From the NCBI GenBank assembly GCA_946998225.1, contig CAMPYH010000001.1:388094-452093 (forward strand): 64,000 nt of DNA, read 5' to 3'. A program made the position numbers and the translations under genes. Positions 28,762 to 38,767 of the stretch are shown in pieces. The stretch comes from an uncultured Clostridiaceae bacterium. GTDB lineage: Bacteria; Bacillota; Clostridia; TANB77; CAG-508. The notes beneath the pieces were generated by a model. That model was not told the DNA's origin. It did not search any database and saw only the letters and a list, made by a program, of their open reading frames with translations. The stretch's first letter is position 1. Each line of letters starts with the position of its first letter.

Positions 28762-28784
28762 GGAAGCTTTAAGCTTCCTTTTTA
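28762..28784 (+). terminator. rho-independent terminator after rpsO
   Basis: ggaagctt-t-aagcttcc palindrome followed by ttttt. Confidence 0.7.
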
Positions 28785-28848
28785 TATATTTTACATTTTA
28801 TATTTTTTGTTATTTTGTATATAATAAAAATAAACAAAATTAAAAGAG

Positions 28849-29520
28849 GTGTATATGAAAGAAAAATGGAAAAAAATATTACTTGCTATAACATTAATTG
28901 TTTTAGGAATAATAGTAGGATTAAATTCACTAGAAATAACATCTATAAATATATTTTTTGATGGCTGGTGGACACTTATAATAATTATACCAAGTTTAAT
29001 AGGTGTAATAGATGATAAAGATACTGGAAGCCTTGTTATGCTTTTAGTAGGTATTTTGTTACTTCTTAATGCAAGAGGAATCTTTGTATTAAACGTATTA
29101 TGGAAATTAATTATTCCAATTATTTTAGTTTTTATGGGAATAAATGTTTTAAGAAATGATGTATTTAGTAAAAGTGCAAAAAAATTAGAAAATGTAAATA
29201 AAAAAGCTGTGTATAACGCATCATTTAGTACTAAAAATAATGTAGTAAAAGAAGATGTTGAGGCTTTAAGTGTTGAGGCAATCTTTGGAGAAAATACAAT
29301 AGATTTAAGGAACATAGAAATTAAAGAAGACATATATATAAAAGCATTAGCAATGTTCGGTGAAGTTAAAATTATAACTCCTAAAGATCAAAGCATTAAA
29401 TTAAATGCAAATAAATTCTTTGGATCAGTTCAAAATAATAATAAGAATATAGTGGACGAAAATAAAAAAATAATAAATATAAATGCATCAGCTATATTTG
29501 GAGAGGTTGATATAATATAA
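28849..29520 (+). CDS. LiaF-like membrane protein (DUF2154-type C-terminal domain)
   Basis: Four N-terminal TM helices, then a beta-rich C-terminal domain …AIFGENTIDLRNIEI…ALAMFGEVKIITP…ASAIFGEVDII typical of LiaF-family proteins. Confidence 0.5.
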   Translation: MYMKEKWKKILLAITLIVLGIIVGLNSLEITSINIFFDGWWTLIIIIPSLIGVIDDKDTGSLVMLLVGILLLLNARGIFVLNVLWKLIIPIILVFMGINVLRNDVFSKSAKKLENVNKKAVYNASFSTKNNVVKEDVEALSVEAIFGENTIDLRNIEIKEDIYIKALAMFGEVKIITPKDQSIKLNANKFFGSVQNNNKNIVDENKKIININASAIFGEVDII

Positions 29521-30287
29521 TGAAAGAAAATGTAAAAAGAATTTTAGCATATGTACTTGCTATATTTGTTATAACTATGATTATAAGTTTTATAATTAGT
29601 TTTACAGCTTTTGTAATTAGATTATACAATATGAATTTAAAGACAGAGAATATTAATTTAAAAACTGAAGAAATATTTGAAGAAAAAAACAATAATATTA
29701 AAAAGATACATTTAGATTGTGACAATGCAAATATACATATATTAAAAGGAGATACTTTTAATATTAAATCTACTAATAAAAAGTATGGTGTAAAAGTAGA
29801 AGATGGCGAGCTTAAAATACTTGAAAAAGGAAAAATTAAATTAGAACTATTTGCAGGAGTAAAAATTAATTCAAAAGAAAAAATTGAAATATATATTCCT
29901 GAAAATAGACATTTTGAAAAAGTATATATAAGTGCAGGTGTTTCTAAAATTCTAGTAGATAATATAAATGCAGATAATTTAGAAATAGATGCAGGTGTAG
30001 GAAATATAGATGTGAAAAATGGAAATATTAATAATTTTAAACTTACATGCGGAGTAGGAAATGTTCTTGTTAGGTCAAAATTTAATGAAAGTGCAAAAAT
30101 TGAAGGCGGTGTAGGAAAATTAAATTTAGAAATACTAAACAAAAAAGAAGATATTAATATGAAAATAGAAAGAGGCCTAGGACAAATATATTATAATGGT
30201 GAAACATTAAAAGAAGATGTATTTGGAGATGGAAAAGTTAAATTTGAAATTGAAGGCGGATTAGGACAAATAGATATTAAAAATTAA
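29520..30287 (+). CDS. DUF4097-type beta-strand repeat protein (LiaG-like putative adhesin domain)
   Basis: TM anchor, then repeated (D/G)AGVGNIDV / CGVGNVLV / GGVGKLNL / GGLGQIDI units. Start overlaps the upstream stop (ATAATG). Confidence 0.55.
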   Translation: MKENVKRILAYVLAIFVITMIISFIISFTAFVIRLYNMNLKTENINLKTEEIFEEKNNNIKKIHLDCDNANIHILKGDTFNIKSTNKKYGVKVEDGELKILEKGKIKLELFAGVKINSKEKIEIYIPENRHFEKVYISAGVSKILVDNINADNLEIDAGVGNIDVKNGNINNFKLTCGVGNVLVRSKFNESAKIEGGVGKLNLEILNKKEDINMKIERGLGQIYYNGETLKEDVFGDGKVKFEIEGGLGQIDIKN

Positions 30288-30323
30288 ATATAGATAAATT
30301 AAAAGATAAAGAAAAGAGGAAAT

Positions 30324-32450
30324 ATGATAGAAAAAAAATATGAGATAGAATTAGATGGAAAAAAATTAAGTTTTGAATTTTGTTTTATGGCAAAACAAAC
30401 AGATGTATCTGTACTTGTAAGATATGGAGATACAGCAGTTAATACAACTGTAGTTGTAGACAAGGAACCTAAAGAAGGTATAGATTTTTTCCCACTTTCT
30501 GTTGAATATGAAGAAAAACTATATGCTGCAGGTAAAATACCTGGAGGATTCAAAAAAAGAGAAGGAAAACCAACAGATGAGGCAATACTTGTATCAAGAG
30601 CTATAGATAGACCGTTAAGACCACTATTTCCTAGTGATTTGAGAAATAGTGTAGTTATTAATAACTTAGTTATTTCAAGTGATATAGACTGTTCTCCAGA
30701 GTTTGCAGCAATGGTTGGATCAAACCTTGCTGTACATATATCTAGTATTCCTTTTAACGGGCCTATTGCTACAGTAAATATTGGAATATGTGATGGAAAG
30801 TTTGTGTTAAATCCAGATTTAAAACAAAGAGATGAAAGTTCTTTAGTTTTAACTCTTGCTGGAAGCAAAGAAAAAATAGTTATGATAGAAGCAGGTGGTA
30901 AAGAAATACCAAATGATACTATGATGGAAGCTATTGAATTTGGACATAAATATATTAAAATGCTTTGCGACTTTTTTGCAAAAATTCGTGAAGAAATTGG
31001 AGAGCCTAAATTTGAATATGAGAAAATTGTTTTAGATGAAGAATATTTAGAATATATAGATAATAAATATAGAAAAACTTTAGAAGATGAACTAGTAAAT
31101 AAAAATAAAGGTGAAGTAGATAAAGTTATACAAAAAATAGTAAATGAAGAATCACAAATATTAAAAGATGAAATAAAGAAGCTTGAATCTAAAGATAAAT
31201 TAGATTTAGAAGCTATACGTAAAAAACAAGAACTACTTGGAAAATTAATTGAGTTTGTAAATAAACTTGAAAAAGATGTTGTAAGAAGAAAAATACTAGA
31301 CAAAGGTGAAAGAGTAGATGGCAGAGGATTAAATGATGTAAGATTACTTTCAGCATCTGTAGGATTATTTAAAAGAACACATGGATCAGGTATGTTTACA
31401 AGAGGTGAAACACAAGCTTTAACAATTACTACACTTGGAAGAACTAATGAAGATCAAAAATTAGATAATTTATCTGAAGTTGAATATAAAAGATATATAC
31501 ATCAATATAATTTCCCACCATATTCAGTAGGTGAAGCAAGAACATCTAGAGGACCTGGAAGAAGAGAAATAGGACATGGTGCACTTGCAGAAAAAGCGCT
31601 TGTTCCAGTACTTCCTAGTGAAGAAGAGTTCCCATATACAATAAGAGTTGTATCTGAAATAATGGGTTCAAATGGATCAACATCACTTGCAAGTGTTTGT
31701 GGTAGTACACTTTCACTTATGGATGCAGGTGTTCCTATCAAAAAACCAGTAGCAGGAATATCTGTAGGTCTTGTAACAGATAAAGATGGACATTATGAAA
31801 TGCCAATAGATATACAAGGATTAGAGGACTTCTATGGAGATATGGACTTTAAAGTAGCTGGTACTAAAGATGGTATAACAGCTATACAAGTAGATATTAA
31901 AATAGATGGATTAACTATAGAACAAGTTAGAAAAGCTTTAGACAAAACAGAAAAAGTAAGAATAAGAATTATTGATGATGTAATATTAAAAGCTATACCA
32001 GAGCCTAGAAAAGAAATATCTCCATATGCACTTAAAACAGAAATGGTAAAAATTGATCCAGATAAAATAGGAAAATTAATAGGTGCTGCTGGAAAGAATA
32101 TTAATAGAATTATTGAAGAAACAGAAACAGAGATAGATATAGAAGATGATGGTAGAGTTATAATCTATTCATATAATAAAGATTCAATTTTAAAAGCTAA
32201 AGAACTTGTAGAACTTTCTACAATAGAATACAAAAAAGGAGATTTAGTAGAAGGTGTTGTATCAAGTATAGTTAAATTTGGAGCATTCTTAACACTTCCA
32301 AATGGCGAAGAAGCACTTTTACATATTTCTAAAATCTCTAAAGAAAAGGTTAATAAAGTAGAAGATGTTTTAAAAATGGGACAAGTTGTAAAGGTTAAAA
32401 TAAATGATGTAGATGATGATGGAAAAATAAGTGTGGATGCTAGAATATAA
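30324..32450 (+). CDS. pnp: polyribonucleotide nucleotidyltransferase (PNPase)
   Basis: 708 aa. Two RNase PH domains (…RPLRPLFP…, …GSNGSTSLASVCG…), KH domain (GKLIGAAGKNINRI) and S1 domain at the C-terminus. Confidence 0.95.
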   Translation: MIEKKYEIELDGKKLSFEFCFMAKQTDVSVLVRYGDTAVNTTVVVDKEPKEGIDFFPLSVEYEEKLYAAGKIPGGFKKREGKPTDEAILVSRAIDRPLRPLFPSDLRNSVVINNLVISSDIDCSPEFAAMVGSNLAVHISSIPFNGPIATVNIGICDGKFVLNPDLKQRDESSLVLTLAGSKEKIVMIEAGGKEIPNDTMMEAIEFGHKYIKMLCDFFAKIREEIGEPKFEYEKIVLDEEYLEYIDNKYRKTLEDELVNKNKGEVDKVIQKIVNEESQILKDEIKKLESKDKLDLEAIRKKQELLGKLIEFVNKLEKDVVRRKILDKGERVDGRGLNDVRLLSASVGLFKRTHGSGMFTRGETQALTITTLGRTNEDQKLDNLSEVEYKRYIHQYNFPPYSVGEARTSRGPGRREIGHGALAEKALVPVLPSEEEFPYTIRVVSEIMGSNGSTSLASVCGSTLSLMDAGVPIKKPVAGISVGLVTDKDGHYEMPIDIQGLEDFYGDMDFKVAGTKDGITAIQVDIKIDGLTIEQVRKALDKTEKVRIRIIDDVILKAIPEPRKEISPYALKTEMVKIDPDKIGKLIGAAGKNINRIIEETETEIDIEDDGRVIIYSYNKDSILKAKELVELSTIEYKKGDLVEGVVSSIVKFGAFLTLPNGEEALLHISKISKEKVNKVEDVLKMGQVVKVKINDVDDDGKISVDARI

Positions 32451-32510
32451 GAGAAATAAACAACAAAAACAAACTAATAAAATAAAGAAAAAATAGCAAA
32501 AAAATAAAAG

Positions 32511-32545
32511 ATGTATCTAAGTAAAATTAATTAGATACATTTTTA
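32511..32545 (+). terminator. rho-independent terminator after pnp
   Basis: atgtatcta-(loop)-tagatacat followed by tttt. Confidence 0.55.
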
Positions 32546-32722
32546 ATTATAAAATGTTGATTTTAATACCGTTTCACAAAAAAATACAAAATGCAAATCA
32601 AAGGTTTAAAAATGGTATACATAAAATATATACTTTTGAAATTTTATTTGTTTATTTTTAAACATTTCTGGAATTTAACGAATTATGTGTATAACTTTTA
32701 AAATAATAGATGTTTTAATAGA

Positions 32723-32752
32723 GCTATCCACAGAGTTATCCACAATATCCAC
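32723..32752 (+). promoter_or_regulatory. cluster of three direct DnaA boxes (cTATCCACA, TTATCCACA, aTATCCACA)
   Basis: Read directly: agCTATCCACAgagTTATCCACAATATCCACAtaaaa. The consensus DnaA box is TTATCCACA. Located ~45-75 bp upstream of the plsX promoter. Confidence 0.6.
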
Positions 32753-32795
32753 ATAAAAATTATTACAAATATTTATGTAAATTGTTTTTAAAATA

Positions 32796-32824
32796 TTTGT
32801 ACAAGCATAAAAAATAATATAGAA
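32796..32824 (+). promoter_or_regulatory. candidate sigma-A promoter TTGTAC-17-TAGAAT for plsX
   Basis: ttgtac 32796-32801, tagaat 32819-32824. RBS aaagagg precedes ATG 32846. Confidence 0.4.
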
Positions 32825-32845
32825 TAGGAAAAGAAAAAAGAGGTA

Positions 32846-33853
32846 ATGATGAAAATATTATTAGATGCAATGGGAGGGGATTTAGCCCCAGTAGAAAACA
32901 TTAAAGGTGCATATGAGTTTTCAAAAGAAACAAAATATGATGTAGTGCTTTTAGGAGATAAAGAAAAATTAAATGAAGTATCTTTAGAGTTATATAATGT
33001 AGATATAGATAATCTTTCTCCTAGAATATCTGTTATACACACAACAGAAAATATTGATCCAAATGAAGTTCCAACAGTTGCAATAAAAAAGAAAAAAGAT
33101 TCTCCAATAGTTAAAGGATTACATGAATTAAAAGAAGGAAATGGAGATATATTTTTATCTGCAGGAAGTACAGGAGCTCTTTTAACAGGAGCTGTTCTTA
33201 TTGTAGGAAGACTTAAAGGAATTAATAGACCTTCTTTAGTTCCTACATTTAATCTAGGTAAAAATAAAATATTTTTATCTGATTCAGGAGCAAATACAAC
33301 TATTAGACCAATAAATCTTTTACAATTTGCTCAAATGGCAAGTATGTATGCGGAAATAGTTGAAGGAATAGAAAATCCTAAAGTAATGATGTTAAATAAC
33401 GGAGCTGAAAGAAATAAAGGTACAGATGTACACAAAGAAGCATATACTCTTTTAGAAGAAGAAACAGAAAAAGGAAATCTTAATTTTAAAGGTAATATAG
33501 AAGCAAGAGATGTCTTTAAAACAGATGCAAACGTAATCGTAACAGGTGGATTTGAAGGAAATGTCTTAGTAAAAAGCATTGAAGGCACACTTGAATTTAT
33601 ATCAGATAAAATTAATGAAAAGCTAAATAAAGTTAATAAGCTTTTTAGAAATATTATTAAAAAGAAAATAAAAGGATCAAGTGGAAGTATAGATTACAAA
33701 AAATGGGGCGGAGCTGTAATGCTTGGCATTAAAAATCCGGTTATTAAATTACATGGTAGTAGTGATCAAACAGCATTTTATTATACTTTAAAACAAGCAG
33801 AAAAAATTCTTGATTCAGGATATATTGAAAAGTTTAAAGAAAAGATGGAATAA
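32846..33853 (+). CDS. plsX: phosphate acyltransferase PlsX
   Basis: MMKILLDAMGGDLAP N-terminus, …GSTGALLTGA…, …VVTGGFEGNVLVKS…. Full-length PlsX family. Confidence 0.85.
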   Translation: MMKILLDAMGGDLAPVENIKGAYEFSKETKYDVVLLGDKEKLNEVSLELYNVDIDNLSPRISVIHTTENIDPNEVPTVAIKKKKDSPIVKGLHELKEGNGDIFLSAGSTGALLTGAVLIVGRLKGINRPSLVPTFNLGKNKIFLSDSGANTTIRPINLLQFAQMASMYAEIVEGIENPKVMMLNNGAERNKGTDVHKEAYTLLEEETEKGNLNFKGNIEARDVFKTDANVIVTGGFEGNVLVKSIEGTLEFISDKINEKLNKVNKLFRNIIKKKIKGSSGSIDYKKWGGAVMLGIKNPVIKLHGSSDQTAFYYTLKQAEKILDSGYIEKFKEKME

Positions 33854-33899
33854 ATAAGAAAGAAAAATAAATAAAAGTAAATGAAAGTAAAAATAAAAA

Positions 33900-33926
33900 A
33901 ATCCTAAATTAATAGGATTTTTTTAT
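33900..33926. terminator. bidirectional rho-independent terminator
   Basis: aatccta-aattaa-taggatt followed by tttttt. Flanked by convergent genes. Confidence 0.6.
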
Positions 33927-33943
33927 ATGGTTTATCTATATTA

Positions 33944-34159
33944 TTAATTATATTTTTCAATTTTATATTTGTTAATTTCTTTTGATTCTTCATCCATTTG
34001 TTTTTGTTCTATTTTCCTATCTTCTAAAAGTGGTTTGTCATATTTAAAGTATGAAAAGATAAGTGGTGTAAGAACAAGCGCTAAAACAATGATTACAGTT
34101 TCTAATATAACTGTTAAATGTTCATCTTTTGACATAATTACTCCTTTATTTATTTTCAT
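33944..34159 (-). CDS. small single-TM membrane protein (hypothetical)
   Basis: 71-aa ORF with hydrophobic core VILETVIIVLALVLTPLIF. Overlaps the upstream small ORF by 14 nt. Confidence 0.35.
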   Translation of the reverse strand: MKINKGVIMSKDEHLTVILETVIIVLALVLTPLIFSYFKYDKPLLEDRKIEQKQMDEESKEINKYKIEKYN

Positions 34160-34337
34160 TTAATTCTATTTTTTTATCCATAATTGCATTTATTACTTGC
34201 TTATCTCTTGTTATAGTTAATTGATCAAGACGTCTTGTTTCAAGAAAAATATTAAGACGTATAAAGATTGCAAAATACATAAAAGCAAGGTAAAGTAAAA
34301 CAGCAATTATTAAAAGACAAATATTTTTTTTATTCAT
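34146..34337 (-). CDS. small single-TM membrane protein (hypothetical)
   Basis: 63-aa ORF, TM LLIIAVLLYLAFMYFAIFI, charged C-terminal part. Confidence 0.35.
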   Translation of the reverse strand: MNKKNICLLIIAVLLYLAFMYFAIFIRLNIFLETRRLDQLTITRDKQVINAIMDKKIELNENK

Positions 34338-34528
34338 ATAAAATCCCCTTTCATAATATATATCTTTAATATATGAAATAAATTTAAAAAGAAAAATGAA
34401 TTAGGAAGGTATTTGTATATATATATATATTTGTAATAAATGTAATAACTATTTATATGTTTTATTTAAACAGATTTTATAGTATAATATTAAGGAATTA
34501 ATAATAAAAATTAAGCAAAAGGATATTT

Positions 34529-35947
34529 ATGATACTTTTAAACAAACAAAAAGAATATATGGATAAAATTAAAAATTTAATAGAGAAAAACAATCTAGAT
34601 TTTACATATTATATAGAAACATTTGGTTGTACTTTAAATGAAAACGATAGTGAAAAGATAGAGGGAATATTTGAAAAATCTGGAATGAGGAAACAAAATT
34701 CGCCAGATGGAGCATCTTTAATTGTATTTAATACATGCTGTATTAGAGAAAATGCTGAAAAAAGACTTTTAGGAAGACTTGGTGCAGTTAAAAAAGAAGC
34801 ATTAAATGGTGCTTTAATTTTAATAGGTGGATGTATGATGCAAGAGGAAAGCAATGTTAAGATTGTTAAGGAAAAGTTTCCTTTTGTAGATTTAATTTTT
34901 GGTACACATACAACATTTAGACTTGCAGAAAATATTTGGAATATTTTAGAAAGTATATATTTACATGAAGATAAAAGTAAAGATAAAAAGAGTTTAAAAT
35001 TAATAGATGTTTTAGATATTGATGGAGAAATCTATGAAGGATATCCTGTTAAAAGAGGTAAAGGTCATAGTGCTTATGTAACTATTATGTATGGCTGTAA
35101 TAATTTTTGTACATACTGTATTGTGCCATATGTAAGAGGTAGAGAAAGAAGTAGAGATCCAGAAAATATTTTAGATGAGGTAAAAGAGCTTGTAAGTGAA
35201 GGATATACAAGTATTACGCTTTTAGGACAAAATGTTAACTCATACAAAGGTAAAGGAGATATTTTAGATTTTGGAGATTTAATAGATGAGGTATGTAAGA
35301 TACCTGGACTTAAAGAGTTATCTTTTATATCTCCACATCCAAAAGATTTTACAGATAAGATTATTGACTCTATTGCAAGAAATAGTATAGTGTCTAGAAA
35401 TTTACATTATCCGCTTCAATCTGGAAGTACAAGAATACTTAAAAAGATGAATAGAAAATATACTAAAGAGCAATACATTGAAAGAGCAAATAAGATTAAG
35501 GATAAGATTAAAGATGTGTCTTTTTCAACAGATATTATAGTTGGATTTCCAGGTGAGACAGAAGAAGACTTTGAAGAAACTTTAGATGTAGTAAAAAAGA
35601 TAGATTTTGATCAAATTTTTATGTTTATATATTCTCCAAGAGTTGGAACTGTAGCATATAATATGAAAGATGAATATATAGATAAAGAGGTACAATCTGA
35701 AAGATTTGAAAGACTTAAGGAGTTATATAATACTCGTCTTGATGAGATTAATGAAAAGTATATAGGAAAAGTTGAAACAGTTATAATTCTAGGCGAAAGC
35801 AAAACAAGTAAAAATATGCTTGAGGCAAGGAATAAAAATAATAAGATTTTAATTTTCCCAAAATATGATGGATGGAAAACTGGTGAAGAAGTAGATATAA
35901 AAGTTTTAGAAAACCATAGATGGTATTTAAAAGGAGAAAAAATATAG
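34529..35947 (+). CDS. miaB: tRNA-i6A37 methylthiotransferase MiaB
   Basis: UPF0004 N-domain with three Cys (…ETFGCTLNE…NTCCIRE…GGCMMQ…), radical-SAM YVTIMYGCNNFCTYCIVPYVRG, and TRAM domain at the C-terminus. Confidence 0.9.
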   Translation: MILLNKQKEYMDKIKNLIEKNNLDFTYYIETFGCTLNENDSEKIEGIFEKSGMRKQNSPDGASLIVFNTCCIRENAEKRLLGRLGAVKKEALNGALILIGGCMMQEESNVKIVKEKFPFVDLIFGTHTTFRLAENIWNILESIYLHEDKSKDKKSLKLIDVLDIDGEIYEGYPVKRGKGHSAYVTIMYGCNNFCTYCIVPYVRGRERSRDPENILDEVKELVSEGYTSITLLGQNVNSYKGKGDILDFGDLIDEVCKIPGLKELSFISPHPKDFTDKIIDSIARNSIVSRNLHYPLQSGSTRILKKMNRKYTKEQYIERANKIKDKIKDVSFSTDIIVGFPGETEEDFEETLDVVKKIDFDQIFMFIYSPRVGTVAYNMKDEYIDKEVQSERFERLKELYNTRLDEINEKYIGKVETVIILGESKTSKNMLEARNKNNKILIFPKYDGWKTGEEVDIKVLENHRWYLKGEKI

Positions 35948-38619
35948 TGAAGATATCTGAATTAACGAAAGAAGATATAAACAATTTAACACCAACGATG
36001 AAACAGTACATAGATCTTACTAAAGAGTACAGTGATACAGTACTCTTTTATAGAATAGGAGATTTCTATGAATTCTTTTTTGAAACAGCTGAGGAAATGA
36101 GTAAAGTTTTAGAACTTGCTCTTACTTCTAAAGCTGGAGGATTAGAAGAAAAAATACCTATGGCTGGAATACCTTCAAGCTTTGTAGATTCATATATAAT
36201 AAAGCTTTTAAATTTAGGATATAAAGTTTCTCTTTGTGAACAAATAGAGACATTTAAAAATGGTAAAAAAGAGGTATTAGGAAGAGAAGTAGTTAAGGTT
36301 ATTACACCTGGTACAATTATTTCAAATGATATGCTTGATTCTAATAAATCTAATTATATTATGAGCATATATTTAGGTGAAGAAAGATACAGTATAGCAG
36401 CGGCAGATATATCTACTGGTATGTTTTTTGCATCAAGCTTTGAAGCATCTTTTAGTAGGGTGCTAGATGAACTTTCTAAATTTAGACCAACTGAAATAAT
36501 TGTTACAGATAATATAACAGATGATGAAATATTTACTATTAAAGAACTTTTTACAAATATTATTAATATAAAAGAAAAAGAGTTTTTTGAAGGAGAGTTT
36601 TCTAAAGAATATACTTTTAATTTTACAAAATCTGCTTTTGAAAATATAAAAGGAAAAGAGAATAAAGTAGATAAAGATAAAAGCGAAGATATATATGATA
36701 GTCTTAAAATAAATGATGAGATTAAAAAAGCTGTAAAAGGTATAGATAAATACATTGAGCTTACACAAAAAATGAAGATGACTCAGTTAAATGATATCGA
36801 AATATATTTTCCAGAAAAGTATATGGCTATAGATTATGCATCAAGAAAGAATCTAGAGATAAATGAAAGAATGCAAGATGGAAGAAAAAAAGGAAGTCTT
36901 TATGGAACTTTAGATTTTACAAAAACTGCAATGGGTTCTAGAATGCTTTCAACATGGATAAATAGTCCTCTTGTAGATAAATTTGAAATAGAGGGAAGAC
37001 TTGATGCAGTAGAAGAGTTAATAAATAATATAGATTTAATGCATGAAATAGAAAATGCTCTTAAATATATCCATGATATAGAAAGATTAATAAGCAAAGT
37101 ATCTAATGCTACAGTTAATGCAAGAGATTTAATTGCACTTAAAAAATCTATTGGACATTTAGTAGAGTTAAAGCTTGCTCTTTCAAATGGAAAGAGTCAT
37201 TTGATAAAAAGATTATTTAGTGAATTAGATATTTTAGACGATATATATACAAAACTTGATGAGGTTCTTTTAGAAGATCCGCCTATCCAAATTACTGAAG
37301 GTGGAATAATAAATCCAGAATATAGTGAAGAGTTATTTAAACTTTTACATATGGAAGAGATTAATAGTGAAAAGATATTAAAGTTAGAATTAGAAGAAAA
37401 AGAAAAAACAAATATATCTCTTTTAAAAGTAGGCTTTCATAGAAACTTTGGATACTATATAGAAGTTACAAAAGCTAATATAGATAAAGTTCCACAAGAT
37501 AGATATTTCTTAAAACAAACACTTAAAAACCAAAATAGATATATAACAGCTGAGCTTAAAGTTTTAGAGGATGAAATACTCGGTGCAAGTGAAAAGAGTA
37601 AAGCTTTAGAATATGATCTTTTTAATAAATTAAGAGAAGAAGTAAATTCTGAAATAGGAAGAATACAAAAAGCAGCAAAAATAATTGCAAATACAGATAC
37701 AATATTTTCACTTGCTGTAGCGGCAGTTAGAAATAGATATGTAAAACCTGAAATAACAAATAATATGCAAGGAATAATAGATATAAAAGGTGGAAGACAT
37801 CCAATTGTTGAAAGAATATCTAAAGAGCAGTTTGTTGAAAATGATACATATTTAGATAATTTTAAAAACACTGTAATGCTAATAACAGGTCCTAATATGT
37901 CAGGTAAATCTACATACATGAGACAGGTTGCATTAATTACACTTATGGCTCAAATAGGGTCTTTTGTACCTGCAGATGAGGCAAAGATTAATGTGGTAGA
38001 TAAAATATTTACAAGAATAGGTGCATCAGATGATCTTGGAATGGGTAAATCTACATTTATGGTAGAGATGACAGAGCTTGCAAATATCTTAAATAATGCA
38101 ACATCTAAAAGCTTAATACTTTTAGATGAAGTAGGAAGAGGTACATCAACATATGATGGAATGAGTATAGCAGAAGCTGTAATAGAAGAAATTGTAGATA
38201 AAGAAAAAATAGGGGCTAAAACTCTTTTTGCAACACATTACCATGAACTTACACAACTTGAAGAGAGAATTCCATCTGTTAAAAATTACCATGTTACAGC
38301 AGAGGTAATAGGAAAAGATGTGTTCTTTTTAAGAAAACTTGCAAAAGGTGGAAGCAGTGAAAGCTATGGTATACATGTTGCAAAACTTGCAGGAATAAAA
38401 CCAAGTGTATTAAAAAGAGCTGAAAAAATATTATCTGAAATAGAAACAAACCAAATATTTTTGAAAAAAGCAAAAGAAAAAGAACAAAAAAATGAGCAAG
38501 TTGCAATAGAAGATATGAAGCAAGCAAGTTTAATACAAAAAATACAGTCAATAGACATAAACAATATGACTCCACTTGAAGCTTTGAAAGAGCTTGGAGA
38601 TATTAAAGGTATGATTTAG
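35920..38619 (+). CDS. mutS: DNA mismatch repair protein MutS
   Basis: …LTPTMKQYIDL…LFYRIGDFYEFFFE… mismatch-binding domain. Walker A GPNMSGKSTYMRQ, …LLDEVGRGTSTYDG…, …FATHYHELT…. The start may instead be GTG at 35947, overlapping the miaB stop (TAGTG). Confidence 0.95.
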   Translation: MVFKRRKNIVKISELTKEDINNLTPTMKQYIDLTKEYSDTVLFYRIGDFYEFFFETAEEMSKVLELALTSKAGGLEEKIPMAGIPSSFVDSYIIKLLNLGYKVSLCEQIETFKNGKKEVLGREVVKVITPGTIISNDMLDSNKSNYIMSIYLGEERYSIAAADISTGMFFASSFEASFSRVLDELSKFRPTEIIVTDNITDDEIFTIKELFTNIINIKEKEFFEGEFSKEYTFNFTKSAFENIKGKENKVDKDKSEDIYDSLKINDEIKKAVKGIDKYIELTQKMKMTQLNDIEIYFPEKYMAIDYASRKNLEINERMQDGRKKGSLYGTLDFTKTAMGSRMLSTWINSPLVDKFEIEGRLDAVEELINNIDLMHEIENALKYIHDIERLISKVSNATVNARDLIALKKSIGHLVELKLALSNGKSHLIKRLFSELDILDDIYTKLDEVLLEDPPIQITEGGIINPEYSEELFKLLHMEEINSEKILKLELEEKEKTNISLLKVGFHRNFGYYIEVTKANIDKVPQDRYFLKQTLKNQNRYITAELKVLEDEILGASEKSKALEYDLFNKLREEVNSEIGRIQKAAKIIANTDTIFSLAVAAVRNRYVKPEITNNMQGIIDIKGGRHPIVERISKEQFVENDTYLDNFKNTVMLITGPNMSGKSTYMRQVALITLMAQIGSFVPADEAKINVVDKIFTRIGASDDLGMGKSTFMVEMTELANILNNATSKSLILLDEVGRGTSTYDGMSIAEAVIEEIVDKEKIGAKTLFATHYHELTQLEERIPSVKNYHVTAEVIGKDVFFLRKLAKGGSSESYGIHVAKLAGIKPSVLKRAEKILSEIETNQIFLKKAKEKEQKNEQVAIEDMKQASLIQKIQSIDINNMTPLEALKELGDIKGMI

Positions 38620-38624
38620 TAAAA

Positions 38625-38648
38625 AGGATACAACAAGTATCCTTTTTA
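38625..38648 (+). terminator. rho-independent terminator after mutS
   Basis: aggatac-aacaa-gtatcct followed by ttttt. Confidence 0.65.
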
Positions 38649-38767
38649 AATGGAAAAAAATAAAAAAATATAAAGATAATATTACAATCCAAACAAAAAC
38701 CTTATATATACATATAAATACAAGTATATTAAAGGAAAGGTGAAAAATTCAAAGAGGGAATATATTT

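Noticed and set aside
28791-31303. Long minus-strand ORFs (180, 216, 334 aa) opposite the liaF-like, DUF4097 and pnp genes
   Set aside because: The + strand encodes unmistakable PNPase and coherent membrane proteins. The antisense translations are Ser/Phe/Leu-rich, low-complexity shadows.
32451-32845. Possibility that the DnaA-box cluster marks oriC
   Set aside because: No dnaA/dnaN, no AT-rich 13-mer-like unwinding element was recognised, and gene orientation does not switch here. I kept it as a DnaA-box cluster or regulatory site only.
36354-37919. Several minus-strand ORFs inside mutS
   Set aside because: They are antisense to conserved MutS, with no RBS and low-complexity sequence.
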